Part shown: in pieces, positions 18,715 to 27,271 of the stretch
How the letters are laid out: each line of letters opens with the position of its first letter
Numbering within the stretch: position 1 is the stretch's first letter
Source: Bacillota bacterium
GTDB lineage: Bacteria; Bacillota; JAAYKD01
Direction of reading: 5' to 3'
DNA length: 64,000 bases
Assembly (NCBI GenBank): GCA_036744005.1
Contig: DAINOJ010000012.1
Location: 180-64,179 of the forward strand
Made by a program: the position numbers and the translations under genes
Notes under the pieces: model-generated
What the model was told of the DNA's origin: nothing
Database searches by the model: none
Seen by the model: the letters and a program-made list of their open reading frames with translations, nothing else

Positions 18715-19872
18715 ATGAATACAAAAACAGAAACCCTTTACAACAAACTCATTTCTCTGCTTTTTATTGGCATGCTCTTTGGGTTGACGCTTATCAACGT
18801 TTTCTGGCCATTTCAAGAATTCTCTACTTCTGAAAATCGGTTTTTGGCCAAAATGCCGGTTTTTAGCTGGAATAGTCTTCTGGAAGGGCACTTCACTACT
18901 GATTTCGAAACCTTCTTAACCGACCAGTTCCCTTTACGCGAAGTATGGGTATCGGTCAAATCCAATGCAGAACGTTTTATGCAGAAGAAAGAGAACAATG
19001 GAGTATATTTTGCTAAGGGTCGAACCCTAATTGAACGATTTGATGCTCCCAATGTGCACCAAAGCATGAAAAATCTGCAGTCTATACAGGAATTTATGGA
19101 GAGAACAACTCTACCGGTTCATGTTGGTTGGATTCCCACCGCAGCTGAAATTCAAAAAGAAAACCTTCCTACCTTTGCTTCTCCTTATTCTCAGAGTGAC
19201 TATATTGAAACCTTGCTACAAACCGAACCATCGCACGCTGCCTTTATTTCTACCGAACTTTGGCAGGGATTGCAAAGCCATAGCGAAGAACCCTTGTATT
19301 TTGCTACCGACCATCACTGGACCATGCTTGGCGCGTTTCGGTTCTATGAAACCTTAATGAGCTATTTCGGTGTGGAAGCATTGGATATTGCGGATTTTCA
19401 GCGTGAAATTGTGAGTGAAAATTTCTATGGCACTCTCGATGCTAAAGCCGGTGGTGATTATGCTCGCGCTGACCAAATAGAACGTTGGGATGTTATGGGT
19501 GATTCTACACCCCCTTTGTTTGAAGTTTCCATTCCAGATAGTCAGCACGAAGGAACTTCCTTCTATTTCCCTCATCGGCTTGAGGAAAAAGATCAATATA
19601 CCTATTATTTAGATGGCAATCATGCAGTGACGATTCTCAGAAATTTGAATCTACCACAGGGGAGACGCTTATTGCTCATAAAGGATTCTTTTGCTCATGC
19701 TCTAGCACCGTTTTTGGTGAATCATTTTTCTGAAGTTCATATGCTAGATTTGCGTTATTACAACAAAGAAGTTGATGACTATCTTGTTGATCATAAAATC
19801 GATGAGGTTCTTGTTTTATACAGCACCCGTCAGTTTGCCACTGATCCCCACTTATTCAAATTGGGAAATTAA
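18715..19872 (+). CDS. DHHW family protein (AlgJ-like O-acetyltransferase partner)
   Basis: N-terminal TM anchor and the eponymous motif FATDHHWTMLGA. It is tightly linked (10-nt gap) to the MBOAT gene. Confidence 0.75.
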   Translation: MNTKTETLYNKLISLLFIGMLFGLTLINVFWPFQEFSTSENRFLAKMPVFSWNSLLEGHFTTDFETFLTDQFPLREVWVSVKSNAERFMQKKENNGVYFAKGRTLIERFDAPNVHQSMKNLQSIQEFMERTTLPVHVGWIPTAAEIQKENLPTFASPYSQSDYIETLLQTEPSHAAFISTELWQGLQSHSEEPLYFATDHHWTMLGAFRFYETLMSYFGVEALDIADFQREIVSENFYGTLDAKAGGDYARADQIERWDVMGDSTPPLFEVSIPDSQHEGTSFYFPHRLEEKDQYTYYLDGNHAVTILRNLNLPQGRRLLLIKDSFAHALAPFLVNHFSEVHMLDLRYYNKEVDDYLVDHKIDEVLVLYSTRQFATDPHLFKLGN

Positions 19873-19883
19873 TTTAAGATTTT

Positions 19884-19902
19884 TTATAGAATCCTTCTAT
19901 AA
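19884..19902 (+). promoter_or_regulatory. Palindromic operator candidate upstream of the selenoperoxiredoxin gene
   Basis: Perfect inverted repeat TTATAGAA tcc TTCTATAA lies in the intergenic region 5' of the peroxiredoxin gene. Confidence 0.3.
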
Positions 19903-20072
19903 CAGGAAGGGTTCTTATTTATTGTTAGAGAAGAGTAACAATGCAAGAAATAAGGAGGTGGTTATTTATGCCAACAGATTTCAAGCCTGGATGCGTTCGT
20001 CCAAAGTCCTCGGTTCCTGTATCCGAGCCCATACGTGTGGAGGAAAACACCAAAAACAAGGAGGTTATTCCC

Positions 20073-20681
20073 ATGATTAAAGTAGGAGCACCTGCACCGG
20101 ATTTTGAATTGTCCGGGTATTTCCAAGGTGGGTTTAAAACCTTCCGTCTTTCCGAATTTAAAGGACAATGGGTTGTCTTATGTTTCTACCCCGGAGACTT
20201 TACCTTTGTCTGAGCGACGGAAGTATCTGCAGTTGCAGATCAATATCCCAAGTTCAAAGAGTTAGGTGTAGAAGTTCTTTCCGTTAGTGTAGATAGCGTC
20301 TACGTCCACAAAATGTGGAACGACAATGAATTGTCTAAAATGGTTGAAGGCGGCATCCCATTCCCCATGCTTTCCGATTCAGGAGGGAGAGTGGGTACGT
20401 TATTCAACGTTTATGATGCCGATGCCGGAGTAGAAAACCGTGGCCGCTTCATCATTGATCCCGATGGAATCATTCAAGGTTATGAAGTTCTGACCCCCCC
20501 GGTAGGTCGTAATGTATCTGAAACCATTCGTCAGGTACAAGCCTATCAATTGGTTCGTGAATCCAAAGGCACCAAAGCGACCCCTTCCGGCTGGAAACCT
20601 GGTAAGTCGGTGCTTAGCCCAAGTCCTGAACTGGTTGGAAACGTTTGGAAAGTCTGGAGTGTCAAAGAAGAATCCAAATAA
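20073..20681 (+). CDS. Selenocysteine-containing peroxiredoxin (AhpC/Prx1 family); in-frame UGA at 20211-20213 encodes the peroxidatic residue
   Basis: Track ORFs 19941..20213 and 20313..20681 are in one frame with TGA as the only interruption. Translation reads [38 protein letters not shown].., where the TGA sits exactly at the conserved peroxidatic Cys of the FTFVCPTE motif. RBS AAGGAGG lies 7 nt upstream of ATG 20073. A terminator follows the TAA at 20679-20681. Confidence 0.75.
20225..20240 (+). other. Bacterial SECIS-like hairpin downstream of the UGA codon
   Basis: AUCUGC-AGUU-GCAGAU (6-bp stem with a G/U-containing tetraloop) begins 11 nt 3' of the UGA. This is the expected window for a bacterial SECIS element. 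Confidence 0.55.
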
Positions 20682-20697
20682 CCCCTCTGTACACACA

Positions 20698-20738
20698 AAA
20701 AGGGTACTAGAATTGATTTCTAGTACCCTTTTATTATG
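20698..20738 (+). terminator. Rho-independent terminator (bidirectional) after the peroxiredoxin gene
   Basis: Perfect 13-bp stem AAGGGTACTAGAA / TTCTAGTACCCTT, then TTATTAT. It also abuts the 3' end of the convergent GNAT gene. Confidence 0.75.
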
Positions 20739-21276
20739 CTTTGGGATGCAGCGCTCGCCACTCCTCTTTTAATAAACCATAACTGTATAAATCATGCCGA
20801 ACGCCGTCACGCAAGACCATTTGTCTGAGAATTCCTTCGCGTTGAAAACCCACTTTTTCATACAGTGCAACTCCGGCTCGATTAAAAGGGAGAACCATGA
20901 GTTGTGCTTTGTGCAATTGCATTTCTTCAAATCCATAACGTAGCAGCTCTTGCACACCGGCTTTCCCGTATCCTTTCCCACGCATACTTCTGTCCCCAAT
21001 CCCTATGAACAACGTCGCTACCTGATTGTCTTTATCCCATTCGTCAAAACCCAGCCAGCCGATTAGTTTATCGCTCTCTTTCTCACATAAGGCAAAAACG
21101 ACAACCTCTTCGCTGCTTAAGTACCGCATCCATATAGATACCACATCGAGTAATGACATGGCTTTTGGAGGTACATAATCATAGGTGGATAGAAACTCCG
21201 TGTCTTGAAGCCAAGAGGATATTGCAGGAAAATCTTTGGTTGCCAAAGCGCGCAAATAAACTGGACTCTCCACCAT
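20734..21276 (-). CDS. GNAT family N-acetyltransferase (RimJ/RimL-like)
   Basis: 180-aa ORF with the acetyl-CoA-binding motif RGKGYGKAGVQELLRYGF. Confidence 0.8.
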   Translation of the reverse strand: MVESPVYLRALATKDFPAISSWLQDTEFLSTYDYVPPKAMSLLDVVSIWMRYLSSEEVVVFALCEKESDKLIGWLGFDEWDKDNQVATLFIGIGDRSMRGKGYGKAGVQELLRYGFEEMQLHKAQLMVLPFNRAGVALYEKVGFQREGILRQMVLRDGVRHDLYSYGLLKEEWRALHPKA

Positions 21277-21291
21277 GAGGCCACCTCCGTT

Positions 21292-22200
21292 TTATTGTTT
21301 CCAGCGTATATAATACTTCTTGAGCATTTTGATGGGGTTGTAATCCGTCTTCGCTTTTCGCAATCCGGGATCCCCTGCATCTTCCTGACGATTGACAAAC
21401 TCCATATCGGAGAAATGCGTTTCCAAAAAATGTTGGTTCAAGTAATTATAGGCCCCTCTTATGGACGCGTCGGCTTTTTCAAAATGAATAATCGCCATTT
21501 TGGGGGTTAATCGTTCACCAATGGTGAACCCGACCACCTTGTTATCGACATAAAGGGCCATACTTTCCAGACGCAGAGCCTTTAAATTGTTTAAGGTTTC
21601 GCTAATGGCTGCCTGCTCTGCTTGGAGCTCTTCGTCACATAATCCTTTGTTACAAAACCATTCTCGTAACAATGCCAAACACTGATCGTGTACTTCTTGA
21701 GAATCGATACTTTTGGTTTCGAACGAATACAGCCGTTGAAATGCATTCCAATGATTGCGTTTGTTGTGAAAACGCCGCCCGGCCAGTTGTATGAGTTCTT
21801 CAACCGAGTAAATATATTCGTCATCTGCACGATCTGTGATAAGTTCAACCCGATCCCCCATTTGTTCTTTGACATCAAGGGCAAAATACTCATCGACTTC
21901 ACCAAATAAATAATCAGTAGGTCGTTGCTGTTGTAAATACTCAATGATTTGAGGTATGTTTTCTTTCTTATAACCACAAGGCATCTGATAATATGACCCG
22001 CGTCCCTTTTTGTGGTTGATCATAATCAACATATGATCATGAACCGCAAACTCCAGAGCAGTGTAATTCCGCCAGATGTATTGGGTAGCAAAAGAGGTTT
22101 CATAGCTTTCACGTTCGTCAAAACATAAAAACGATTCGAATAAGGCTTTGTCAGAAAGACTCGGCTTCTTCCATGTCAGCATAAAATTAAGACTCCCCAT
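21292..22200 (-). CDS. DUF2156-like protein (homolog of the C-terminal aminoacyl-transfer domain of MprF-type phosphatidylglycerol lysyltransferases)
   Basis: 302-aa soluble protein whose length and pattern match the stand-alone DUF2156 family. The assignment is from memory of the family, not a search. Confidence 0.5.
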   Translation of the reverse strand: MGSLNFMLTWKKPSLSDKALFESFLCFDERESYETSFATQYIWRNYTALEFAVHDHMLIMINHKKGRGSYYQMPCGYKKENIPQIIEYLQQQRPTDYLFGEVDEYFALDVKEQMGDRVELITDRADDEYIYSVEELIQLAGRRFHNKRNHWNAFQRLYSFETKSIDSQEVHDQCLALLREWFCNKGLCDEELQAEQAAISETLNNLKALRLESMALYVDNKVVGFTIGERLTPKMAIIHFEKADASIRGAYNYLNQHFLETHFSDMEFVNRQEDAGDPGLRKAKTDYNPIKMLKKYYIRWKQ

Positions 22201-22252
22201 CCTTTTAAATCTTTGCTCATTATATCAAATAATAGTTTGCAATACAAGGTAT

Positions 22253-23785
22253 TTAACGGTTTCGGTTGTTCAGGGCTTGTAAAAAGTGCTCTTGACTGAC
22301 CCTTAAAGCAGCAATCTCTTCTGGACTAATCTCCGGTACGCCGTCTGACATGGAAATCGTAATTTTCTCTCGTATACAGAGCAACCCCGCTTCTCGGCAA
22401 AGTGCTGCAAGATCAGCTCCGCTGTATTGTGGAGTTAACTCTGCCAATCTGGCTAAATCCACATTTCTTTCCAAGGGCATCGCAGCCGTGTGAATGCGTA
22501 AGATGTCCAGACGTCCTTCTAAGTCTGGATACCCCACTTCCAAATGTAGGTCTAACCGTCCAGGACGTTTCAAAGCAGTGTCGACGCTTTGTGGTCGGTT
22601 GGTCGTACCGACGACGACAACATTGCCGCGATCGATCAAACCATCCATGAGAGATAACAGCTGAGAAACGGCCACCGCTTCATAGTTCAGTGTTACTTGG
22701 TCTCTGTTCGGTGTGAGCGCATCTACCTCATCGAATAAAATAACAGACGGGGCCTTAGCTTTTGCTTCTTCAAAGATTTTTCGTAAATTGGATTCGGTTT
22801 CACCGTGCCACTTGGAGATGAGTTCCGGCCCATTGATAAAAATGAAATGCGCTTGACATTCATTGGCCAACGCTTTCGCAATGAGCGTTTTTCCTGTACC
22901 CGGCGGACCATAGAGAAGGATTCCTCGATGGGGTGTAATACCCATATGAGTAAACAACTGTGGCATCTTTAAGGGCAACTCTACACTTTCACGCACTTGA
23001 GCAATGACCGAATCAAGACCCCCGATTTGATGATATCGCACGGGAGGGATATCTCTGTCTAATGTGCTCCCGGAGGGAAGTGCGTTTGCAACTTTCTCTG
23101 AGGTCTCGCTTCTCACCGGTTTTGATGGTGGTGCACTTCGAGAACCCGATTGTTTTTTTTCGACCCCTATGATTTGAAAACGACCTTTAACCCATCCTTG
23201 TTTATACACCCAAGATTCGTCTTTCTGAGGGTCAATGCGATTGGGTAGTTGACGTATGATATCATCAATCGCCGAGCCGTCCAAAAGAGGACAAAAGCGG
23301 GCATTGCTTTTTTCTAAGTAATAATTGATTCGCTGGCGTAGTTTAATCTTGTCCACAATAAAGATTTTGTCTTTATTCATACTGCCAAACTGGAACCATC
23401 CGAGGTGATTTGCCTCAGAAATGGGTATAAATCGGCATGGAAACAAGGGAGCAAAACCCGATGAACCGGTGGTATCACCATAACACCACTCTTTATTACC
23501 TAAGCGCAACCCTTCTTGAAAACAATCAAGGGTCTCTTGCACAGAATCGAAGGGGATTTCCACTCCGTCCAGTACATGCTGACTGCCTTTCCAATTGCGA
23601 ACCAACGACCATAAGGTGCGATAGGGTTCCAACTCCTCCGGTATCGCAAAGGTTGCTGAATATCGCAGCCCCTCTGCTCCGTTGATTTCCGTCATGTTTT
23701 TTTGACCCTGCGCAATCGCCAAAGCTTGACCCAAATTTGGGCTAATACTGGCAGGAAATAGAACCGTTAACATCAATCGGCGCAT
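22253..23785 (-). CDS. AAA+ ATPase (CDC48/FtsH-type single AAA module) with a roughly 260-aa N-terminal domain of unknown function
   Basis: Walker A GPPGTGKT, Walker B ILFDEVD and a second region of homology. ATG 23785 has a strong RBS (AAAGGAAG). The first 27 residues are hydrophobic and signal-like (MRRLMLTVLFPASISPNLGQALAIA). Confidence 0.8.
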   Translation of the reverse strand: MRRLMLTVLFPASISPNLGQALAIAQGQKNMTEINGAEGLRYSATFAIPEELEPYRTLWSLVRNWKGSQHVLDGVEIPFDSVQETLDCFQEGLRLGNKEWCYGDTTGSSGFAPLFPCRFIPISEANHLGWFQFGSMNKDKIFIVDKIKLRQRINYYLEKSNARFCPLLDGSAIDDIIRQLPNRIDPQKDESWVYKQGWVKGRFQIIGVEKKQSGSRSAPPSKPVRSETSEKVANALPSGSTLDRDIPPVRYHQIGGLDSVIAQVRESVELPLKMPQLFTHMGITPHRGILLYGPPGTGKTLIAKALANECQAHFIFINGPELISKWHGETESNLRKIFEEAKAKAPSVILFDEVDALTPNRDQVTLNYEAVAVSQLLSLMDGLIDRGNVVVVGTTNRPQSVDTALKRPGRLDLHLEVGYPDLEGRLDILRIHTAAMPLERNVDLARLAELTPQYSGADLAALCREAGLLCIREKITISMSDGVPEISPEEIAALRVSQEHFLQALNNRNR

Positions 23786-23820
23786 ACATTTCTTCCTTTC
23801 AGAAAATTTGCGATTTCACT

Positions 23821-23848
23821 TTGCAAAGTAGACATCCTTGTATATAAT
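23821..23848 (+). promoter_or_regulatory. Sigma-A-type promoter for degV
   Basis: TTGCAA followed 16 nt later by TATATAAT, about 30 nt upstream of the degV start. Confidence 0.4.
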
Positions 23849-23878
23849 AGAATGAGATTCGGCAAAGGAGAGATGAAG

Positions 23879-24712
23879 ATGAGGATACGTATCTTAGTAG
23901 ACAGTACTTGCGATCTACCCCAAGAATTCGTGCAAAAATGGAATATTGGGGTTGCACCTTTGTTTGTACAATTGGGAAAGGATAGCTATCAGGACGGGCT
24001 CGATTTAAGTGTCGATGAATTCTATCGCTGGTGCAGAACCCATACGGAATTACCGAAAACAGCTCAACCTTCTGTGGGAATCTGCGAGAAACTCATTCGC
24101 GATAGCTTGGACGAATACGATCATGTGCTGTGCATGACTATATCTTCTTCGCTTTCCGGTACCCTTCAAGCTTTCCGCATTGCCTCAGAAGCGTATGAGG
24201 GTCGAGTTACTCTGTTCGATACCTTATCCGGTTCCCTAGGATTTGCTCTACTCATACTTCACGCTGCCGAATTGATTGAGAAGGAATTCAGTATCCCGGA
24301 AATTCTCTTGGAATTACAGAATTACCGGCAACAGTTAAAAGTGATGGTGGCTCTAGACACACTGGAATATGCGGTGAAGGGCGGTCGAGTGTCTCGATTA
24401 TCTTATTTTGCCGCCAACATGCTTTCGATAAAACCTATTGTGCATGTAGACTACGATGGTTATGTCAAAGTGATTGAAAAAGCACGTAGCGAGAGTCGCG
24501 CTTTAAGATATTTAGTCAATGCCATGAAAGAAAAATACGGCAGCGCCCGTCCTCCGCGTATTGGTATCGCCCACGGCGATAGCGAAGAGCGTATGCAAGC
24601 CCTTGTGCAAATGATTCGAGAAGAACTAAACCCCACAGAGATCATTTATTCTCAAATTGGCCCAGTCATAGGAACCTATGCCGCTCCCGGTGCATTGTTG
24701 ATTGCTTTTTAG
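23879..24712 (+). CDS. degV: DegV family fatty-acid-binding protein
   Basis: Starts MRIRILVDSTCDLP.. and has DegV family length. The start was set to ATG 23879 (RBS GGAG 8 nt upstream); the longer track ORF would begin upstream of the inferred promoter. Confidence 0.85.
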   Translation: MRIRILVDSTCDLPQEFVQKWNIGVAPLFVQLGKDSYQDGLDLSVDEFYRWCRTHTELPKTAQPSVGICEKLIRDSLDEYDHVLCMTISSSLSGTLQAFRIASEAYEGRVTLFDTLSGSLGFALLILHAAELIEKEFSIPEILLELQNYRQQLKVMVALDTLEYAVKGGRVSRLSYFAANMLSIKPIVHVDYDGYVKVIEKARSESRALRYLVNAMKEKYGSARPPRIGIAHGDSEERMQALVQMIREELNPTEIIYSQIGPVIGTYAAPGALLIAF

Positions 24713-24774
24713 TTTTTTTGGCGCGAAAGAAGCCGTACTTTATATTATACACCAGATTGAAACAAGAGAAAGTC

Positions 24775-24850
24775 TTGTAGATAAATTTTTTCTATGCTAT
24801 AATAATAGAGTGAAGAAAAGCCATTCTGTTTAAAGGAGTGGCTTTTTCGC
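24775..24850 (+). promoter_or_regulatory. Promoter plus terminator-like leader hairpin upstream of the aldo/keto reductase gene
   Basis: TTGTAG, a 17-nt spacer, then TATAAT at 24775-24803. This is followed by the hairpin AAGCCATTC..GAGTGGCTT and UUUUUCGC at 24816-24850, all ahead of the RBS of the gene at 24917. Confidence 0.35.
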
Positions 24851-24916
24851 TGTACGAAGGGTTTTTTCCCGAGTAGAACGAATATTATAGTAATTAAGGA
24901 AAGGAAGTGACACTAT

Positions 24917-26059
24917 ATGCAGTATCGTCATTTTGGGAAAATTGATTTTAAACCTTCTTTATTGGGTTTTGGAACCATGCGCTTGCCTATACTCCATGGT
25001 GACAACAAACAAATTAACGAACCGGAAGCCATCCGTATGATTCGCCAAGCCATTGACCAAGGTGTAAATTATGTAGACACCGCTTACGGATATCACGGTG
25101 GACAATCAGAACTGGTTACCGGAAAAGCCTTGCTCGATGGTTATCGTGAAAAAGTCATGCTTGCCACCAAGAACCCCACCTACTTGTTAAAATCGGCAGA
25201 TCATTGGGACGAATTGCTCGAGGAACAACTTCAAAAATTACAAGTTCCCTGTATCGATTTCTACCTACAACACACTCTGGATAAGGAACTTTGGAGCGTT
25301 GCGAAAGAACATAAGGTGTGGGAACGCGCCGAAGCTGCCAAAAAAGCCGGCAAAATCAAATACTATGGTTTTAGTTTCCATGATGATTACGAGGTTTTTG
25401 AGGACATTCTCAATAGCTACGATTGGGACTTTTGTCAAATTCAATTGAACTACTTGGATACCGAACATCAGGCCGGTTTAAAGGGTCTTCAAGCTGCGGC
25501 AGCCAAAGGCCTTGGCGTCATTATAATGGAACCGCTACAAGGGGGACGTTTGGCCAATTTGCCGGAGGATATTCGCGACATGTTAACGAAAGCCGCTGTC
25601 CAACGCACTCCGGTGGAATGGGCTTTGCGCTTTTTAGCAGATCGACCCGAGGTTTCCACGGTTTTGTCGGGAATGAGCACCATGGAACACGTAAAAGACA
25701 ACCTAAGAATTTGTTCCGCTCACGATATGCAACCAGGATGCATGACCGAACAAGAAAAACAGCTGCTACAAGAAGTTTCTGATTTTTGGCATTCTAAAAT
25801 CAACATTGGTTGCACCGCGTGCGGCTACTGTATGCCCTGCCCCTCTGGGGTTGATATTCCCGGTGTATTTGCCGCTTGGAACGTTCACGCTTCTGCAACC
25901 CCGGGATCCGTTCAGCGTGCCCGAAAAATGTACAGAGAGCTCGTGGAAAAGCAGGACGATGCCAGTTTCTGCGTGGAGTGTGGTGCTTGCGAAACCGTTT
26001 GTCCGCAACACTTGCCGATCATTGAGAGCTTAAAACGCGCTCGCAGCGTTTTAGAATAA
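24917..26059 (+). CDS. Aldo/keto reductase with a C-terminal 4Fe-4S ferredoxin-type domain
   Basis: AKR TIM-barrel signatures (GFGTMRLP, DTAYGYHGGQSE) plus the C-terminal cysteine clusters CTACGYCMPCP and CVECGACETVCP. Confidence 0.85.
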   Translation: MQYRHFGKIDFKPSLLGFGTMRLPILHGDNKQINEPEAIRMIRQAIDQGVNYVDTAYGYHGGQSELVTGKALLDGYREKVMLATKNPTYLLKSADHWDELLEEQLQKLQVPCIDFYLQHTLDKELWSVAKEHKVWERAEAAKKAGKIKYYGFSFHDDYEVFEDILNSYDWDFCQIQLNYLDTEHQAGLKGLQAAAAKGLGVIIMEPLQGGRLANLPEDIRDMLTKAAVQRTPVEWALRFLADRPEVSTVLSGMSTMEHVKDNLRICSAHDMQPGCMTEQEKQLLQEVSDFWHSKINIGCTACGYCMPCPSGVDIPGVFAAWNVHASATPGSVQRARKMYRELVEKQDDASFCVECGACETVCPQHLPIIESLKRARSVLE

Positions 26060-26125
26060 CGAGGGAACCAAAAAGCTGAAAGCTCCGTCTATAATAGTAG
26101 AATTCAAAAGATGAGGAGCTTCTAT

Positions 26126-27163
26126 ATGAAAATGAAACATTTGATTACACTCCTGTTACTTAGTTTATTGGTCAGCATGATACCGATGACCGCTATGGCC
26201 GAAGTAGGAGGGACCATTACGAAAGCAATGCCAAAGCCATATTACCGTGACCTTGTCGATACATGGTATGCAGACGATGCCGCCCTTTATGGCTACCCAG
26301 ATATCTTTGCCAAAGATGCATTGTTTTCTGGCAACAATGCGATGACCCGCATGGAATTTGCCCGCTTGTTGCACCAAGCACTCGGTATCCAGATTTATTA
26401 TTTTGCCGCCACCGACATCCGAGATTTTTTTGGTGATGTGACGAACGATACGCCCGGAGCAGGCCCACTATATGATTTAGTCGTCTCCGGTATTTTGGAA
26501 TCCGCCGATTCCTTTCATCCGGACCAATCCATTAGCCGCCAAGAAATGGTGCATTGGATATTGAAGGCGCTTGATTATCGCACCGGCGGGCAATATGCGC
26601 TCATTTTAATGATGCCGGCACCGTTTGATGACGATGCCAGTATTGCTGACGAGTACAAAAATGATATCATGAAGGCCCAACTTTTGAAACTCATTCAAGG
26701 GCGGGGTAACAACCTGCTGCACCCACTTGCAGCAGCAACTCGTGCAGAGGGTGTCACTGTGGTATCTCGTTTGATGAACCAAATCCGCACTTTGCAACAA
26801 GACTTACAAGTACATGCCGAATTGAAAGAATCTGAAAACGGATTACATATGCGGCTTCTCCTGCAAAACCATACACAAGAAGAGATAGTAATTCAACACA
26901 ACAGCGGACAGAAATACGATTTCAAGTTGCTGAATCGTCAGGGAGAGATTCTTTACACCTGGTCTGCCGACAAGCTGTTCACCATGGCACTGACGCAGAC
27001 GACATTAGCACCTAATGAAACCTTGGTCTTCGAACAAATCCTTTCATTTGAATCCTATGAAGCGATCAAAGATCAAATCTACGAATTGCAGGCTTTCATA
27101 ATTGGCACCTCAGAGTTCGTAGAATTTTCTGCAAACGGCTATTCTGCATTTTTGCTTCGCTAA
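26126..27163 (+). CDS. Secreted SLH-domain protein with a C-terminal BsuPI-like (protease-inhibitor fold) domain
   Basis: Start set at MKMKHLITLLLLSLL (RBS GAGGAG 7 nt upstream); it has a signal peptide. SLH-type motifs are present (YRDLVDTWYADDAALYGYPDIFAKDALFSG.NAMTRMEFARLL). The C-terminal region resembles intracellular proteinase inhibitor BsuPI. Confidence 0.65.
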   Translation: MKMKHLITLLLLSLLVSMIPMTAMAEVGGTITKAMPKPYYRDLVDTWYADDAALYGYPDIFAKDALFSGNNAMTRMEFARLLHQALGIQIYYFAATDIRDFFGDVTNDTPGAGPLYDLVVSGILESADSFHPDQSISRQEMVHWILKALDYRTGGQYALILMMPAPFDDDASIADEYKNDIMKAQLLKLIQGRGNNLLHPLAAATRAEGVTVVSRLMNQIRTLQQDLQVHAELKESENGLHMRLLLQNHTQEEIVIQHNSGQKYDFKLLNRQGEILYTWSADKLFTMALTQTTLAPNETLVFEQILSFESYEAIKDQIYELQAFIIGTSEFVEFSANGYSAFLLR

Positions 27164-27176
27164 CGAATATCGCTTT

Positions 27177-27203
27177 GCCCCCGAGTTTTCGGGGGCTTTT
27201 ATA
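27177..27203 (+). terminator. Rho-independent terminator after the SLH/BsuPI gene
   Basis: Stem GCCCCCGA / TCGGGGGC with loop GUUU, followed by TTTTATATT. It lies 14 nt after the stop. Confidence 0.8.
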
Positions 27204-27271
27204 TTGGCAAGGAAGGATAAACATGCTATACTGACATTACGAGTACAAAAATATTGAAAGGATGATATTTT

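Noticed and set aside
18403-18891. 162-aa minus-strand ORF rich in Lys/Arg
   Set aside because: It is antisense to the MBOAT gene 3' end and the MBOAT-DHHW junction. Its composition reflects the reverse complement of membrane-protein codons.
19941-20681. Interpretation of the split peroxiredoxin ORFs as a pseudogene with a premature stop
   Set aside because: The only interruption is a single TGA at exactly the peroxidatic-Cys position. The downstream frame is fully conserved with no further stops, and a SECIS-like hairpin follows at the canonical distance. A selenoprotein is more parsimonious than decay.
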